From Catajapyx aquilonaris (taxonomy: Eukaryota): 64,000 bases of DNA. The DNA lies in the NCBI GenBank assembly GCA_000934665.2, contig KZ538013.1:1-64000 (forward strand). Direction: 5' to 3'. Below are positions 25,483-39,836 of this stretch, in pieces; position 1 is the first letter of the stretch; the number at the start of each line of letters is the position of its first letter. Both the position numbers and the translations under genes were made by a program. The notes under the pieces were generated by a model that searched no databases, had not been told where the DNA came from, and was given only the letters and a program-made list of their open reading frames with translations.

Positions 25483-28400
25483 GCACTAAGGGCCTGTCAT
25501 CTACAGAATTCATGAATAAAATAAGGTCTTCCAAAAATAAATTGACATTCCGCTCCCCCCTCATTTTTCTCTATTTCTTTCCTCCCTGCCTCTCTATAGC
25601 AGCTCGGAGCCCTTCCAAGTACAACAATCTTACAAGGATGATCCCAAACCATCATGTACTAGTAGGTTATTTATTAGGCTACCTAAATGTTGACCAGGTC
25701 AGTTGGAATGAGTAGGTAAGGTGTCAGATTTTCACCTCGACTTGATTTGGCAGTATGAAAAAGAAGAACTGAATAACTGATCAAAAATGAAAATTCAAAC
25801 AGCATGAAAAACAATGCCATCCTGATATCTTATCCTCCTAATGGGTCCATTAGAATTAAACACATATCGTGTGGCAAGGTTGCAATGCGCAATAACTCAT
25901 CACAGCCCCACAAATCTTGCTTAAAGGCACAACAGGGGTCCTGGTAACCCTAGGTGGTCCTGACTGTAAAGCCCCACTTGTTCATCTTTTTTTTTGTCCG
26001 ACTCACCCCCACACACGTGAGTGTGTGGAAGGGGTTACAAGTCACAACCTCCCTCCAAGGCGAGAAATAGCAGGTCGTAAACCTGCCAGGTTTTATTAGT
26101 CACCTATGGGGCTGAGGAGGCATCCTGGATGGCCCACCATTCATGCCGAATGGACAGCCAGGAAGTGAGGTGTACATTATACGTTGTTACAGCATGTTTG
26201 TACATTATGATAATAAAACCACGCCTCTTTTCACTGCTCGTTGACACCTACTCTTATAGGGCTGGTTTCAGAGGGAATTAAAATTCGAGGAATTCCAACC
26301 GCCCCTAGATGAACTTGACTCTTGGCAATGCAAATTCGAGCCAACTTTCCCATTAAAGATTCGGTGGTGTAGAAATCGTAAGTACAAGGACCATTGTGGA
26401 GGCGGAAAATTTTTGGGAGGAAATGCTGGAGAAGCCGAATCCAAATTTGGGATTCAATTATTCCGGTCGGATTAAGAAGTTGGGATACGCCCATCTGTCG
26501 CCTACCCTACTGGAATTTTGGATTTAAGTGACTTTGGAAGTCGCATGCACCTATCCAATCTGAAATCCAACTGTCGATGAATGACTTCGATTATACGAGT
26601 TTGGATATCCTTTGTAGGCAGCCTGAGATTACGTGATAATAATATTTTCTAATCTAAACTTACGACAATGTAGGCCTATACAATGGGTGTTCCCACCCAT
26701 GTTATCCAATACAGGTTGTTACCCAATAGGCCATCGCGTGCGGGTCTTTTCCATATCTGTACTGCTTTGACATGTGTATAGAGCAGTAGAGGTGGAGTAA
26801 TTTCAGTGCCGTTGTGGATGGTTATTGATATTGATTTCGGTGTGTGCCTATCACTATAACTCATAGGAAGGTCTGGAGTGTTTTTTTTTTTTAGAAAACT
26901 CTGCCATGCCAAATGTAATAAATCCGAGTGCCACCCACGCTCTTTCGCATATATACGGCGATGCCACGGCTATCGATTACCTGATTTCCATCGTGACACT
27001 GTCGCCCGCAGATAGTTGATTTTGATCTCTCTCCGATATGCTGCTCCGATCTCTATGAAAATCTCGGCTAGGATATTGTGTGATACCACCATTAGTGTAA
27101 ATGAAGCCCAAAACGATAGCGCGCACAGTAACTTATCTATGCACGTAATATATACCAGAGAGCACTTTCAGAGAATTTACTATCACATAAAATTGGACGG
27201 AAAATTGTAGTGTACTGTATTTAGAATGTGACTTTTTCAATTTCTATAAAACCTACAGAAAAACCGTTCCGATTCCTGCGTTGACTTATATCCTGTCTGA
27301 ATAAATCCGATGGAAGATGACTACACATATTACCTTGCACGACCAATAAACCCTCCAAAATATGACCATGCTTCAATAGCAATCATCCCTACATTAGTAT
27401 TTCAACCTTGATTTTTTGAGCGAGCAGAAGCGCAACCATAAAACTTGACACACTTCTGGCGCCAACTGTAGCGTAAACCTGAGAATATTTTCAGGACCAT
27501 TACCCCCATCCCCAGACCTACATTTTTCAAGGTGTTCACCAGAATTAACGAGACCCCCACCTCCATACATCTGATTATGTCTGGTCATACACCCTGACTC
27601 CAGTAATGTGCCATCACGTCTTGATTACCCCACACTTTATTCTGATTATTCCAGGTCACACCAAAATATGACCAGGTCAGGGACCATCAAAAGAACCTAC
27701 CTCACTACTGTAATGGCAAATTCCTCCAGCACGAAGAAGGAGCAGCTCTGTACAAGCAAAGCACCTCATTACACCTTGGCTAACGATCCTCCTGATTTTT
27801 GGACGCCAGTTGAGGAAACACCCACCGCGTATGGAATGCCAAATGTGGCCGTATGATCCTCCCCACTTAGTACCTGCACCTAGAGAGAGATATTTGGGTA
27901 ATTACAAGCCACGATAAATTGTGGTTCCTCTCAAAAGCGACCCCCACAGGTAAAGCTGCAGAACAGGCTCCTCCCTTCCAGGTAATGGCTTTTTAATTCA
28001 AGTAGGACTTTGAACGGGGCTGGTCGGACGAGTTGAGCAGATAGGCCCTTCTGACCGGCCTACTTGACCTGTACCCGCCTGGATTTATGGAGAAGAGCAC
28101 GTATGGCCGCTGGGGGGACATACGCACACACATTTGCTGTGCTCCATCTCCCCTACCCTCCGAAAATGAGGTCGCACATATCTTATCCACCGTGCACAAA
28201 ATGCCGTGTAATATTAGTGTGTCGAGGTCCATGGGGGCACCCGCCGATTTGCATAACCCCTTAACTAACGACGGAAATGATATGTTGGCAGTTGCAATTA
28301 TTTCCTATGAAAATACCAATTTGAAATCCCGCCCTGTTCGTAACTAATATTAATCATTACGGGAGCAGTTGATTAGCACTAATTAGGATGAATGAATGGG

Positions 28401-31400
28401 GCGGAATGGGCTCGTCGCCACGACGACTATCACGCCCTATTGCCGCTCTTTTTAAGCAGGTACACAAGAAGTGGTAAGTAATGCACTCACCCTTGCTCCG
28501 CTTAATATATCGGCGTCAGTAAACATCATGTGGTGGAAAGAGGGCCAACTCCGGGAGCCAACACTCCATAGCCTAATATTATTCCCTGCCAAGGCTCCTG
28601 ACGTAATTACTCCTTATCTGCTACACCATCTTTTTCATCGGCGCAAGACAGGGTAACACTTTCTGCTTTTTTCCACCCACTGAAGCCTTATCTAAATCGA
28701 CTCAAATGTAGCCAAAGTGATGGCCTTTCAACCAGGAAAAATGGGTAGGATGGCGAAGCGTGTTTGCACTGGCAAGTGCCCGTGGGTACCTGCTGGGTAA
28801 CTGCTTTCATGAGTACGTCGAGCAGTTTTATGACCGAGTACCAGGCACAAATGGTCTTTCTCGTGGACCGCGATGCCAGCCAAGTATATCTTCTCTCTAC
28901 ACGTAATACTATCGGTATGTGTATCCGGTGAAAAGACCTACGAGAAGGCTAATTGGAGATGCTTGAAGTAAATAGTCCAGATGCATTGAATTAGCAGCAT
29001 GTAGTGAAATTGGCGCGTTATACCTTTCGGCGAACATAGACTCAGCAGAAATATATTATGTGTCCGAAGATAAATATGTCGTGCAACATTTGTATTTCAG
29101 CAACAGTGTAGATTGAAAACATTGGCAGGCACGTGAACCGTAACTCCATACAAATTCATTAAGGATAGATCATCATAGTGAAATGCACAGACATTTTCGA
29201 GTTTCAAATCTAATTCAGATATAATATATGGTGTTTGTGGATCCCATCCTTGCACTGTGTCCACTACGAGAATAACCGCATCAATTTCATGCAACTATAT
29301 GCAATTTGTATTATCCTTCTGTTCTTCAATCCAAGCCTCCAACGTCGAACGTCCCATAAGGTCACGTTTTCACACAAGTCGAAAGAAATAACGAGGCCAT
29401 CGATCTAATACCTGAGTGAAGTTCTTAAAGCCTCAGAATAATTGTCGTCATATATAGGCCTGTCAATCATAAACTCATTAGGCAGCTAATGGTAGCCTAC
29501 TAACGGGACATTTGTCCCCTTTTACACAAAATGCTAAATTGTTGATGGTAACTTATATTGTAACCATTATGACTGCATTCTGATTATTATTATAACCACT
29601 ACATCAAGTACGTATGATTCATAACGGTTTACTTCCATTCAGCATCGACTATTGATGTGTGCTTTGCCATACTTTTTGTTTGTTGATGGCATGTGCCTCC
29701 TCCATTATTTATTTGATCTGATTGGGAAGAAGACAAAGAAACTAAACCATTTTTTTGTTGTTGGTGTCACTTAAAGATGCAAAAGCATTAAAATGTACAA
29801 TAATGATGACTATTGAATGACTTAAAATTGTATTTCTAAAATTTAACCGAAATAAACAGTAAAGAATTGAGTGTACTGAGAATGGGTAATGGTTACTGGT
29901 TGTTTGAAAACTAAAAGTGATGATGTTACATATAGCATCCAGGATATGAAGTACCGTAATCTTCTGCTACACACTAAAGCTGCATTGGTTTCAACGATCT
30001 TCTGATCTTACGATGGCTTCTCTGGAGATCAATACTGTATATATGATGCGATTGCCTGCTTATGCCGTATTGTTTTTCCGAGCCTTCCAAGCCTCCAATT
30101 ATTATTATCCCGCACGAATGTCCAGCGAACAAGACAACCATGCACACGTTATTCCGAAACGAATTCCATTATTGCAAGTCAGTGCTTGAAATAGTTCTTC
30201 CAGCTGCTAGTATACATGTATGATTGTGTTCTAAGAAGTACAAAACAATGTCACTCCAAATAGATTCCGAGAAAAATGTCGCACTGACACTGTAGGCTAC
30301 CACTTCACTTGACAGGATAACTTACTGTGCTGCTCCTACAATGGCATTAGGTCTTCATTTAATTAAGGAAGCTATAATGGAGCCAACAAAGATGATTTAC
30401 CGGTGGACGAACTTATTCGGATTAAAACCTAACTTTTGCCAGAAGTTATTTGTCTAACTGGAGGAATCGGCGCAAACTTTTGGGTGTTGCAGGGAGTGGT
30501 CCTCACGTGGGCATCGAATATAATCTTTGATATCAGTTGGCCCCATCCCAAAAAGAAACTTGTTTTATGAGTTAGTGTGGATCCACGTGCCCCATCTGGC
30601 ACCTCCACCCCCCTTTATCCTCCATTTGTACCCACCTCCCCCCCGCCTCTTTCCCTCCCATCCCCTCTTCTCCCCACACCCTGCACTAAAGCCCCTTGTA
30701 AAAGCGGGAGAGGACTCAGTTGGCTCGAGAACAGGACCAGGTTCGGCGGGACTTCTCAATTCGGTTTACTTCACACGCGACAACTCAAAAGATACAGACC
30801 ATTATTTTCGTCCGTGGGAGAGGTGGATGGGGAGGGGGGAGATGACGGGAGAGGGGGTGACTTGCCAAATGTAAACAATTCTCGTGTGTTGTTTCCTTTC
30901 AACTATAATGATAAAGGAAGTGGATGAAGGCGCCTTCAAGTGTCAACAGCTGGTAAGTACCACAATATCTTCCACATTAATGGTTAGTGTAAGTTATGTT
31001 ACAAACTTTCTACATGCACATTATAGCTGAATATAATTATCGTGGGGCTCGTCGTAATTTTAAACATGCCGCTATAATAATAATTTAGTGTTGTGTTTGC
31101 CCAAATATCAGACAGAATCATTGGTTACAAATACTTCATCTAAAAGAACATCTCAGCACTTCATAATTTTTACAGCCGGCCACAGGTACTGTCATAAATC
31201 AATATTGCACAATATACTGCAAAAAACCGTACAATATGCATAATTATACAATATACCGTCAATACTGTAATAAAATACTTTTGTTTCAATTTAATTCACA
31301 AATTCAGACAAATATAATCAGTGTTTGATGCGCTAAATTTACATTTGCGTAATATTTTCAAATTGCGGGTAACTGAAACTGTACGTCTCCTACAACATTA

Positions 31401-34400
31401 TGAAATTAGCGCTGCGATGCTAAAGCAGAACCCCCGCACGATTTTCAATGTCTCCTAAAGCTTACCTCTATACTTTAATAATTTTATACTGAGCACTTGC
31501 AGTTGCACTGCTATGTTTGGAACTGGATGTCGCCACCAAATTAACATCTGTTGTGATGAATTTTTCCAGCGATTTTATTACATTGTATCTTTTTCCCCAT
31601 TACAAATCGATATCAGTCGAGATTGGAGGAAACGGTCAGTAAAACAATGCATGGGATGCGATGTAAAAGTTCTCACAGTTTTTACCGTTCCTCAGCGCAG
31701 GTTAATCGTACCCAAAAGCACTGCCATAACATCATTCCGCAACTTTCCTCTAATATCCCAGGTTCGAACCAAAGACCTGCACACTCGTGGGCGACAACAT
31801 CATCGTTGCACCATCTCGTCTTCCCATACTCGGAATTAAAAAGTGCGTCTAACTATTGGCCAGCTCCTAGAGCGCCAGTAATAAACGCTGGGTTATTAAA
31901 AAATGTGCTTAGCTGAATAAATAGAATCCCACCGATAAAGCAGGCAGGCCTTATTAAAATTCTAATTAACCCCTATGTCAACAGGCATTAAGCCAAGGTG
32001 CTTTTTGTTCATGGCATTGTCCTCGCAACTGAGTCATTTAGTGCGGGGGGAAATCTACTCGGTGTTAAAGGTAGCACTAACATCACACCTATTATGTCGC
32101 TTACTCTCTACGTATTTTTTGGGGATATTTTGTGTATACATCCTGATCATGAATATTGTAAGGTGTTGTGAAGTTATTGTACGCAAAAAAAATTTGCCGG
32201 CTTTACGCCATGTTAAACGATCATTACACGATCATACATGTACTTCTGTATAAAAGGGTCGCCTTTAAAACAAATAATGCAAGGAATGAGAAAGGGAATG
32301 ACTCGTATCTTATCCAAACATTGTTATAGAGAGTGGCCCATCATGAAAGGCATCCTCCTTCCTTCCTTTCTTCTCTCGGGGACTCCTCAAGTATCCCTGC
32401 TCATCATTTTCTCCGCCCATCCGGTTTGTCTGAGCCAGGCAGCCACTTATGTGACATAACCCGCAAACGGCTAGATCGGTCTCTATTTGCCTAACGAGTC
32501 TGGGCATCGATTTCGGGGGTCCCAAAATCGGGTCGTCGCTCCGCTAGCTGCCAACTTCTGCCTAGATGAATAATATATTTCTTCCCGAATCGATCACCAA
32601 AAATAGAGCAACTTGACTCATTTTCACAGCTTTATACCGGCCTGCAATTAAACCCAATGGACTAAACACAAACAAGTTGACACAAGTGTCGTCGTAACTC
32701 TTCTTCCCAAAACAAAATTTTTACGCCCTACCGTATTTATAGATCAGAGTTCGCCAAAAAGAGTGGCGTACATTTGAGGTCAAGTGGGTATATAGGACGC
32801 TATGCACTGTATGCAAGTGGCCGCATAATAATCGCGTTTGTCATCTGGCAGCCTCATCATCCACGTACTGTATAATGCATGTGCATGGTTCGACTGCCAG
32901 CAGGACAACACGTCCTGCATCTTTTTCCCTGCAAATTTAAACTTTAAAAAATGGAGCATATTCTGCACTTTTTACCAGCAACAATACACTGATTTTTTAG
33001 CATTTATATATTTCAATTTTTTTTTGTGGCGGCTAACCACAATGGGATCTCCACCCCGGCTTTTAACTTCAAAGGCGCATCCTGAGTGGCTCGTGTGTCC
33101 TTTCATTGTGGTCCTATATACTAATAGGGCTCAAATGCACGTTTGTTGACACAGGAGCGGCTTCCGTGCAAGGAGGCTCATACAAATATTATGAGCCAAG
33201 CAAATGGCTTTTGGGGGTGGATATAAGGCATGGAAGAATGGGCATGAAGTTTTCCTGGGGGTCAGGAGAAGAATTCCGGAGGTCTGGAAAGTAGCAGGTT
33301 CCAGATTGCGAGGTCGTTTCGGGCAGGAATTGCGTCGTATCCGAGGCGGACAGACCTTTGTCGAGGACCAGACCCCCTCCATTTCTCGGATGTTCATTAC
33401 GGACCATCAACTTACAACACTTGCACTTCCCCACACCAAACACTTCATTACCATCTTCTTCTACTGCTCTCTTCACTTCCGAGATCCGAACCACACATCC
33501 ACGCCTTGAATTGTCAGGGAGGGCAGAATGTATACCAGAGGGCCTATAGTTCTCATGGTGCTTTTTGAGGTGATATTAACGTCGTCCTCTATTCCATACC
33601 ACAAATACTGTCGCCCATAAACTATGGCCCTCCTTCTTTGCATATGCCGGTAGTTTGTGTAAGGCCATCTAAGATAACCTCCTGAATGTGACCACTTGTT
33701 GAGCTATTCTCTGCAAGCACAGTGCGGATTCAAGCAGAAATTCTTCTCTCTTTGGCCTCCCACTTTTCTTATCAGAACCTTCCCTTCTTTTATCCTTTAA
33801 AAAAACCGAGCATAAATCCAGTTCCCCCGTAATGTGGACCTAGAACTCTGCATTTTGAATAGAGGCACTGCCTGGCTGCGACCAACAGGCGTCTGGAAAT
33901 AAATGAAAGAAAGAGAAGAGGAGAGAGAGAGAGAGGCTGCAGCTTGAGAATCAATTCGGCAGGCAAACAATCGCAGGTCCATCGGGGTGAAAAATGGCCG
34001 CATTCAACGCCCCAGCAAGGTCGGGAACGTGACAACCAGTAAGAAGGATCGAGACGGGAGGCTGCTGCGAGAAGTGCGAATAGGATAAGGGTGAGAGAAA
34101 GAGAGAGAGAGAAAAAGAACGGCGATGACTCGCGAAGCTTTTCTTGCCTTATAAAGGGTCAGGCGGCGTTCGAAAAGGACATGAGAAGAATTACATGAGA
34201 TGTAATACCGCCGTCACTATGTGTGAAGTATGCGTGTAAAAAGGTACGATGTAAATGGCTAGAAATGAGGCGAAATGGTAATTTGGGCTTGTAAGAAAAA
34301 TGAAGATGGTGAAAAATGTTGCAATTGCGTGCTGTTATTCAACAGTGGGCTATTGGTGAGTGAAAATTAGCGGCTTTTGAAAAATGCGGTGATGCCCGTC

Positions 34401-37400
34401 ATGCCGAATCGGGAGGGTGTAGCTTTCCATCATGTAACAGGGCAGTTATTGTACACTTGCAGGCAAAAACTGGGGGTCATTGTGTTCTAAACCTGCTTGA
34501 AACGAAGGGCCAACTCATATTCTTGTCAGGTGTTTTACATGCGATATTAATGATTTCAATTATGGTTTCCTCCTTTCCAATCTATTCGACGTCCAGTAGC
34601 AATGTCATCTGGCATTGAATGACTTATTGAATATTGGCGTTCACACGCTGAGATTGAAATTGCACGAGCACGACCATCGTATTACACTTGAAACCAAGGC
34701 CTCCAGTACAACATTCAAGAGCACTGTCGGATGCAGGAACTGTTGGAGCATCACATGCTGTGAGTTGGTCTGGAAATCTGTTATCTCTCACCATACAACT
34801 TTCTTTCACGGAACAGGCTAGAAAATGGCTCAAATTAAGTTGCTCGCGGAAAAAGATTTCCACTTTTGAAAGAAAGAAGGAGCCAGCACAGGGGTTGGCA
34901 GACTTGCGAATCTCCAAGGGAATTTACGATTGGTCGTAAAACCCGTATAGTCTCTATTCAGTCTAAACTTTTCGCGACGGAAAAAAATTTGATTGAATCA
35001 AACCCAACCGGCGCGTGTCGATTCTATCAGTGACTAGAACGGTTAAGTGGAAATGCCCGCCTTTTTATTCATTGATTGAAGCATCAGCATTCCTCAAACA
35101 TCCCTGCGAAATTGGTCATAATTGGTATGATAAAGCTTACCTTATCGCAGGTGTCTCGTGTAACGGGCTTTGCGGAGGAATCGGGCCATAAAGGTCGTGT
35201 GGGAGGTGTCAAGAATCTTGCGACTTCTTTTTACGATGCCGCCGACTGCTCGTAAAAATGGACGGACAAGTTGCCGCCAACCACCAATTTGTCATTTCAG
35301 TTAGCTTCGGTTCTTATATTTTCATGTGGTCAATTTGACGGGAATCTGCCACGTAAACAAATTTTTTGTCCACAAATATGTTGATGTTTTGACCTCCAGC
35401 CGGAGATGGCCATCTTCACACACTTCCATTTGTGGAAGGTGAGAAAAAGGCCTTGCCCAGCACCTGCATTGTTAGTTTCCTGTTGGGCTCCAGACCTAAC
35501 TCTTATGGGCAAGCCCCTCGGTTACCTGTCGTGCCTATTGACAACGCCAATTATTTACTGCCTCCGTGTGTAGGTGTCTGAAATACACACGCCGGCACCT
35601 CCAATCATCCGGTCTTTATGACTAATGAATTGTGTGACAACCGTAACCGATGCCACAATTTGTCTCGTCAATAACAGGACAGTTTGCGACAGGTGCTGCC
35701 GGTGTCTCTTCTTTTTATTTCCGGCTTGTTCGCTAGTGATATAAAAAATAAGAGGTAAAAACAGCCATTTGTATGCGTGGTTCGCAGGCAATCCAAACCG
35801 ATTAAGGAGCTTTCCCTGTCGAGAGACTTCGCAATGGATACGGGATACGAATCTGGCGAGCACGCTTAACTAGTCATTTGCATGTTGTGCGGCTTTGTAG
35901 GCATTCGGGAAAGGACTTGTTATCTGCCCATGCGTCGACTTGCAGAAAAAAAAAAGAAAGCAACGGGACAGATTTATCTCGTCGGGCTCCTCCGGGCTTT
36001 CAATCGGCGTCACATGGCTTCATTACGCATGACAAACTTCAACTCGCTCTGTAAAATGGTTGTAATTTAGTTCGGGAATTATTTATGACCCGCGCCAACA
36101 GAATTCTGAATCTGTGACAGCCATAAGCAGGCACCCATCTGGTTGGTCATCACCCTAGGGTCACCAGGGGTCGGATGAGAAGACAATGGGGAGGTTTCTC
36201 CAAGCGCCTGCTTTCTCCACAGTTGACCCATATTATTTTCTTGCCAACTCACATCATTTGCTTACGCACATTTTGCAAATACAGCTGGTTTGGTGCCGGA
36301 CTGTTTGATCAACCGCGAAGACTTGGCATGTCATCCACAGACCCGTAAATTCCAAGTCACGAGTTTGGCCCTAGTCTTGAAAGAGGCCTTCGGGGAATTC
36401 CAGAAACAGAGCCTACATGGGCATCATACTGGAAACGGCTCGTGTACTCTCTTACAAATGGTGGCTGTCACACAAGAAAATGATAAAACGCTACCGACCT
36501 CTGAGAAAAATTTCTAACTCGATTAATCTGACCAATAAGTTAATGTCGAATGGGTCCGCTTGGGAGCAGCTTCATGCCGTTTATTTTTACAGTGGCTGTC
36601 ACTTGTTGTTCTCGGTCCATTCCTCACGCGTCTTCTGCGCAACCGGTGAACATCAACATAGTAGGAAGCTTGGCTACTTATTCCTTAGGAAATCCTCCAT
36701 CTTACAGTGTATGAGAAAATAATAACCCTTCGGACCAAGCTGGAAACTCTCCGAGGAATGAAGCTGCTGGAGTTTAAGCTTCATCCGCGAACATGTTAAT
36801 CTACTCAAGTCGGGCATTTCCAGCCAAAACTGTCCTAGGAACTTCCAGAACAGCTTTGCTAAATTAGCACTGGAAAGGTCGCCTACTAAAGCTGCGCCAG
36901 AGCGAATTCTCTCCGTGACCAGAAATTGCAGGATGCTCAACTAGCTCAAAGATCTCTTTCATAACAGAACTCACTTATTACCATCATCATCATCATCATC
37001 GTGATGTCCTGAAAATATTTCGTAATAAGAAAGTGGCTGCAGTTTTCACGAATATGTAAATGTGCCTTATTGGATATTCATGGTAATTCTCGCATATTTA
37101 GATGGAAGTTGGGGCGTAACATAGGTGGGACATATATGAAACGAGTTCTGGCCAAGTGCCTTGAATTTCCATTCCAAAGGGCACTCTGGGTTAGCTGGGA
37201 ATTTCTGTCGGTGACAGAAAAAAAAGGTGACAGGAGTCATTTCCTTTCATTCCTCCGAAGGTATCCTATAATATACCTTGGCAAAGAAGATTGTTTGTGC
37301 GACCACTTCGGTAAGCTGTGTAGCCAGCATTTATTAGAACTCTTTCAAGAAAACATCCGTACCGATATCGTGCCAGTGCATTCCGTTTTTGGCCCCACAG

Positions 37401-39836
37401 ACGCCCTTTCACATAGAAAGTGAAAGCTCTTGTTGGTTTTGGCTCGTGATATTGATTTCTGATAAGTCCCAACAAAAATGGAGCATCAAATAACATGTCT
37501 TGGGTTCTACACATTTTTACAGTGCAACGTACCGATACTTGTCAACTCAGCTCTGTTTACTGCCCCCTTTTTTTCTTTAATAAACGCTACAATTCCATTA
37601 TTTTCTCAGCATTGTGCATCTACAGCCTCCCGCCGCGCCTCTTGTCTCCATGGTGGTGTGACAGTTGGCTACGACCAAACCGGAAAAGACACTTTCATTT
37701 GCAAGTCAAAACATGGCGCGGAACGTGTTAAATTTTCGCCCGCCGAGCTCTCTTTGTTAGTCTTGTCCAATTAGAGGATTTCCCGCGACAGGACTTGGAC
37801 ATTGATACGCTGCCGGAGAAGAAAATCTGCAAATATGGCGCTCATATTTTTGTAATACTCGTGACCTTTCCCAGAAATGGTCACATGGGCCATTACAGGT
37901 GCTCACGAACTGTTCACTGGATGTACATTTGTTAGCGGTTTTTTTGAAAAATAAACCTGAGATGAATTTATGGCTCATCGTTGATGGAGTCTATCCATCG
38001 TGGACGTTCATGGAGCTGGTTGATAATATTAAAGCCAAGTGAATATATAGGGGGCAAATAGGGTGTGGGGGTGGGGCAGAGAATGAATAGCCCTGTCATT
38101 TCTCTGCGCCACCGGCAGCTCTTGACAAGCAATAAAGCTGCAGAGCTGAGCTAAAATAGTAATTGACCCTAGAGGACGGAAGAGCAGGGGAAAACCACAA
38201 CTTTTTACATAGTTTTCATAATTTTAAGGCGGCTCAGAAGTGCAATTATAAGGGTCTAATCTGATTAATTGCTTCCACGAGTTTTCTCCACTTTAGCGCC
38301 TGTTATTCAATCTTTAGTGTGCTCGCTGTACTGTGACTGCCTTATCATCAATATCAATTAAACTGTAGTGAACAAGGGAGCCCGAAATTGAACTCATGAG
38401 AATGCAATTTGCTCCATGTAATTACTCGCTTGATTTACAGCCTGCGACTGTACCATTCGGAAGTCATTCGGCCAATCAGCCGTGATATTTAGACAAGCTT
38501 ATTGCCAGTACCGTGTATATCCGATCAGTTTCACGACTGACTAAAATAGCCTTAGAACGAACAGAGCCTGCTTTCTTAACAGTTCCATAAGTAAAAATAA
38601 CTATTACTCGTAAAAAAATCACCACATGTCGTCGCTACATAACATTCTGCATGATGATGTATATTCTTCCTCCTGCCGTTGATATTAACTTGAAGTGGTA
38701 TTTACACTCCGCATAATGAACCCTATAATGTTCCTTTTGCTCACAGCCTGAAACGATCCTGGACCTGCCTTAATACGCTCGGTGTAAAGCTGTTCAGAGT
38801 TTGGTCTGGGCTTTTACTTGGGGGTCTCCTCGCCCCATTTGCTAAGCTCTGGGATCTAAAGGTAAATGGAGGCTGGTGCACTGGGCTAGTAGATGGGACC
38901 CGCCCGAATAATTCCTCCTTTCCCCTCCCCCTTAGAAAAGGCTTCCATGACCACAAAAACCTCACCGACAGAGATAGATGGTGGAGGTGTAACCCTTCCT
39001 GCAAATATCACTCTTCAGGGGGGGTAAGAGGAGGAAGATAGGTCCTCCACCCCCCATACCCGCACCAAATCTTGTCCACACGAAATAGTGGCCGGCTATC
39101 TTTCACGGGTGTAGCAGGCAGGGACGTAAAAAATTGCCCGCCACAGTTAAGCTGTATTAACGCCATGAGGAGTAAGTCCCTGATAAATTCTGTCAGGGTG
39201 TCCAGTGTACCGTATTTTCCACTCAATTTATCTACCGCCGTGTCTGATGTTTTAATACTGTATGGTTTAAATCTTTCAGCGGGAAAAATGGTGTACAGTA
39301 TGTACAGTATACCTTGGTGCTGTGCATTCGAGAGTGAAATCGATTTTTCCAGTGTACTCAGGCAAGTCGGTCTACGATCGGTTGAAAGGAAACTGCTGTT
39401 GACTCCACTCCCAACGACTGAAAACTTCTCTTTTTCCTTTTTTCCCCTCTCTCCTTATTCTTGGGTCTTGACCAACTTCAGAAGGTCATTAGAGGGTCTT
39501 TCTTCCAAAGTGCAGCGAGTTTCTTCTCTTTATATGAAATCATTGCCTCGCTGGAAAAGTTGAGAGGACGGTTCAGCTGCGCTGATCTTGGCGGAATTGA
39601 GCAATTTCTTCGGGTGTGAAAATGTTAACTTAAGTAACAAAAATATTGGATACAGGATATCACATAGGATATGAAAGTGTAGCCTACAACAAGTAAGATT
39701 TATTGGCTCTAATTGATTTCTCCAACTGTTGACCAACTGCTTCTTCTTCCAGGCCAAGGTGGCGCTACGGGTCCGGTGACGTCACCATGTCCTCTTCTGT
39801 CGCCGGGGTCAGTGACCTCGGCCTCGAAGTGACCTG

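Noticed and set aside
33131..37423. Scattered 60-117 aa ORFs upstream of ETHR
   Set aside because: No phase-consistent exon chain or recognisable motif found.
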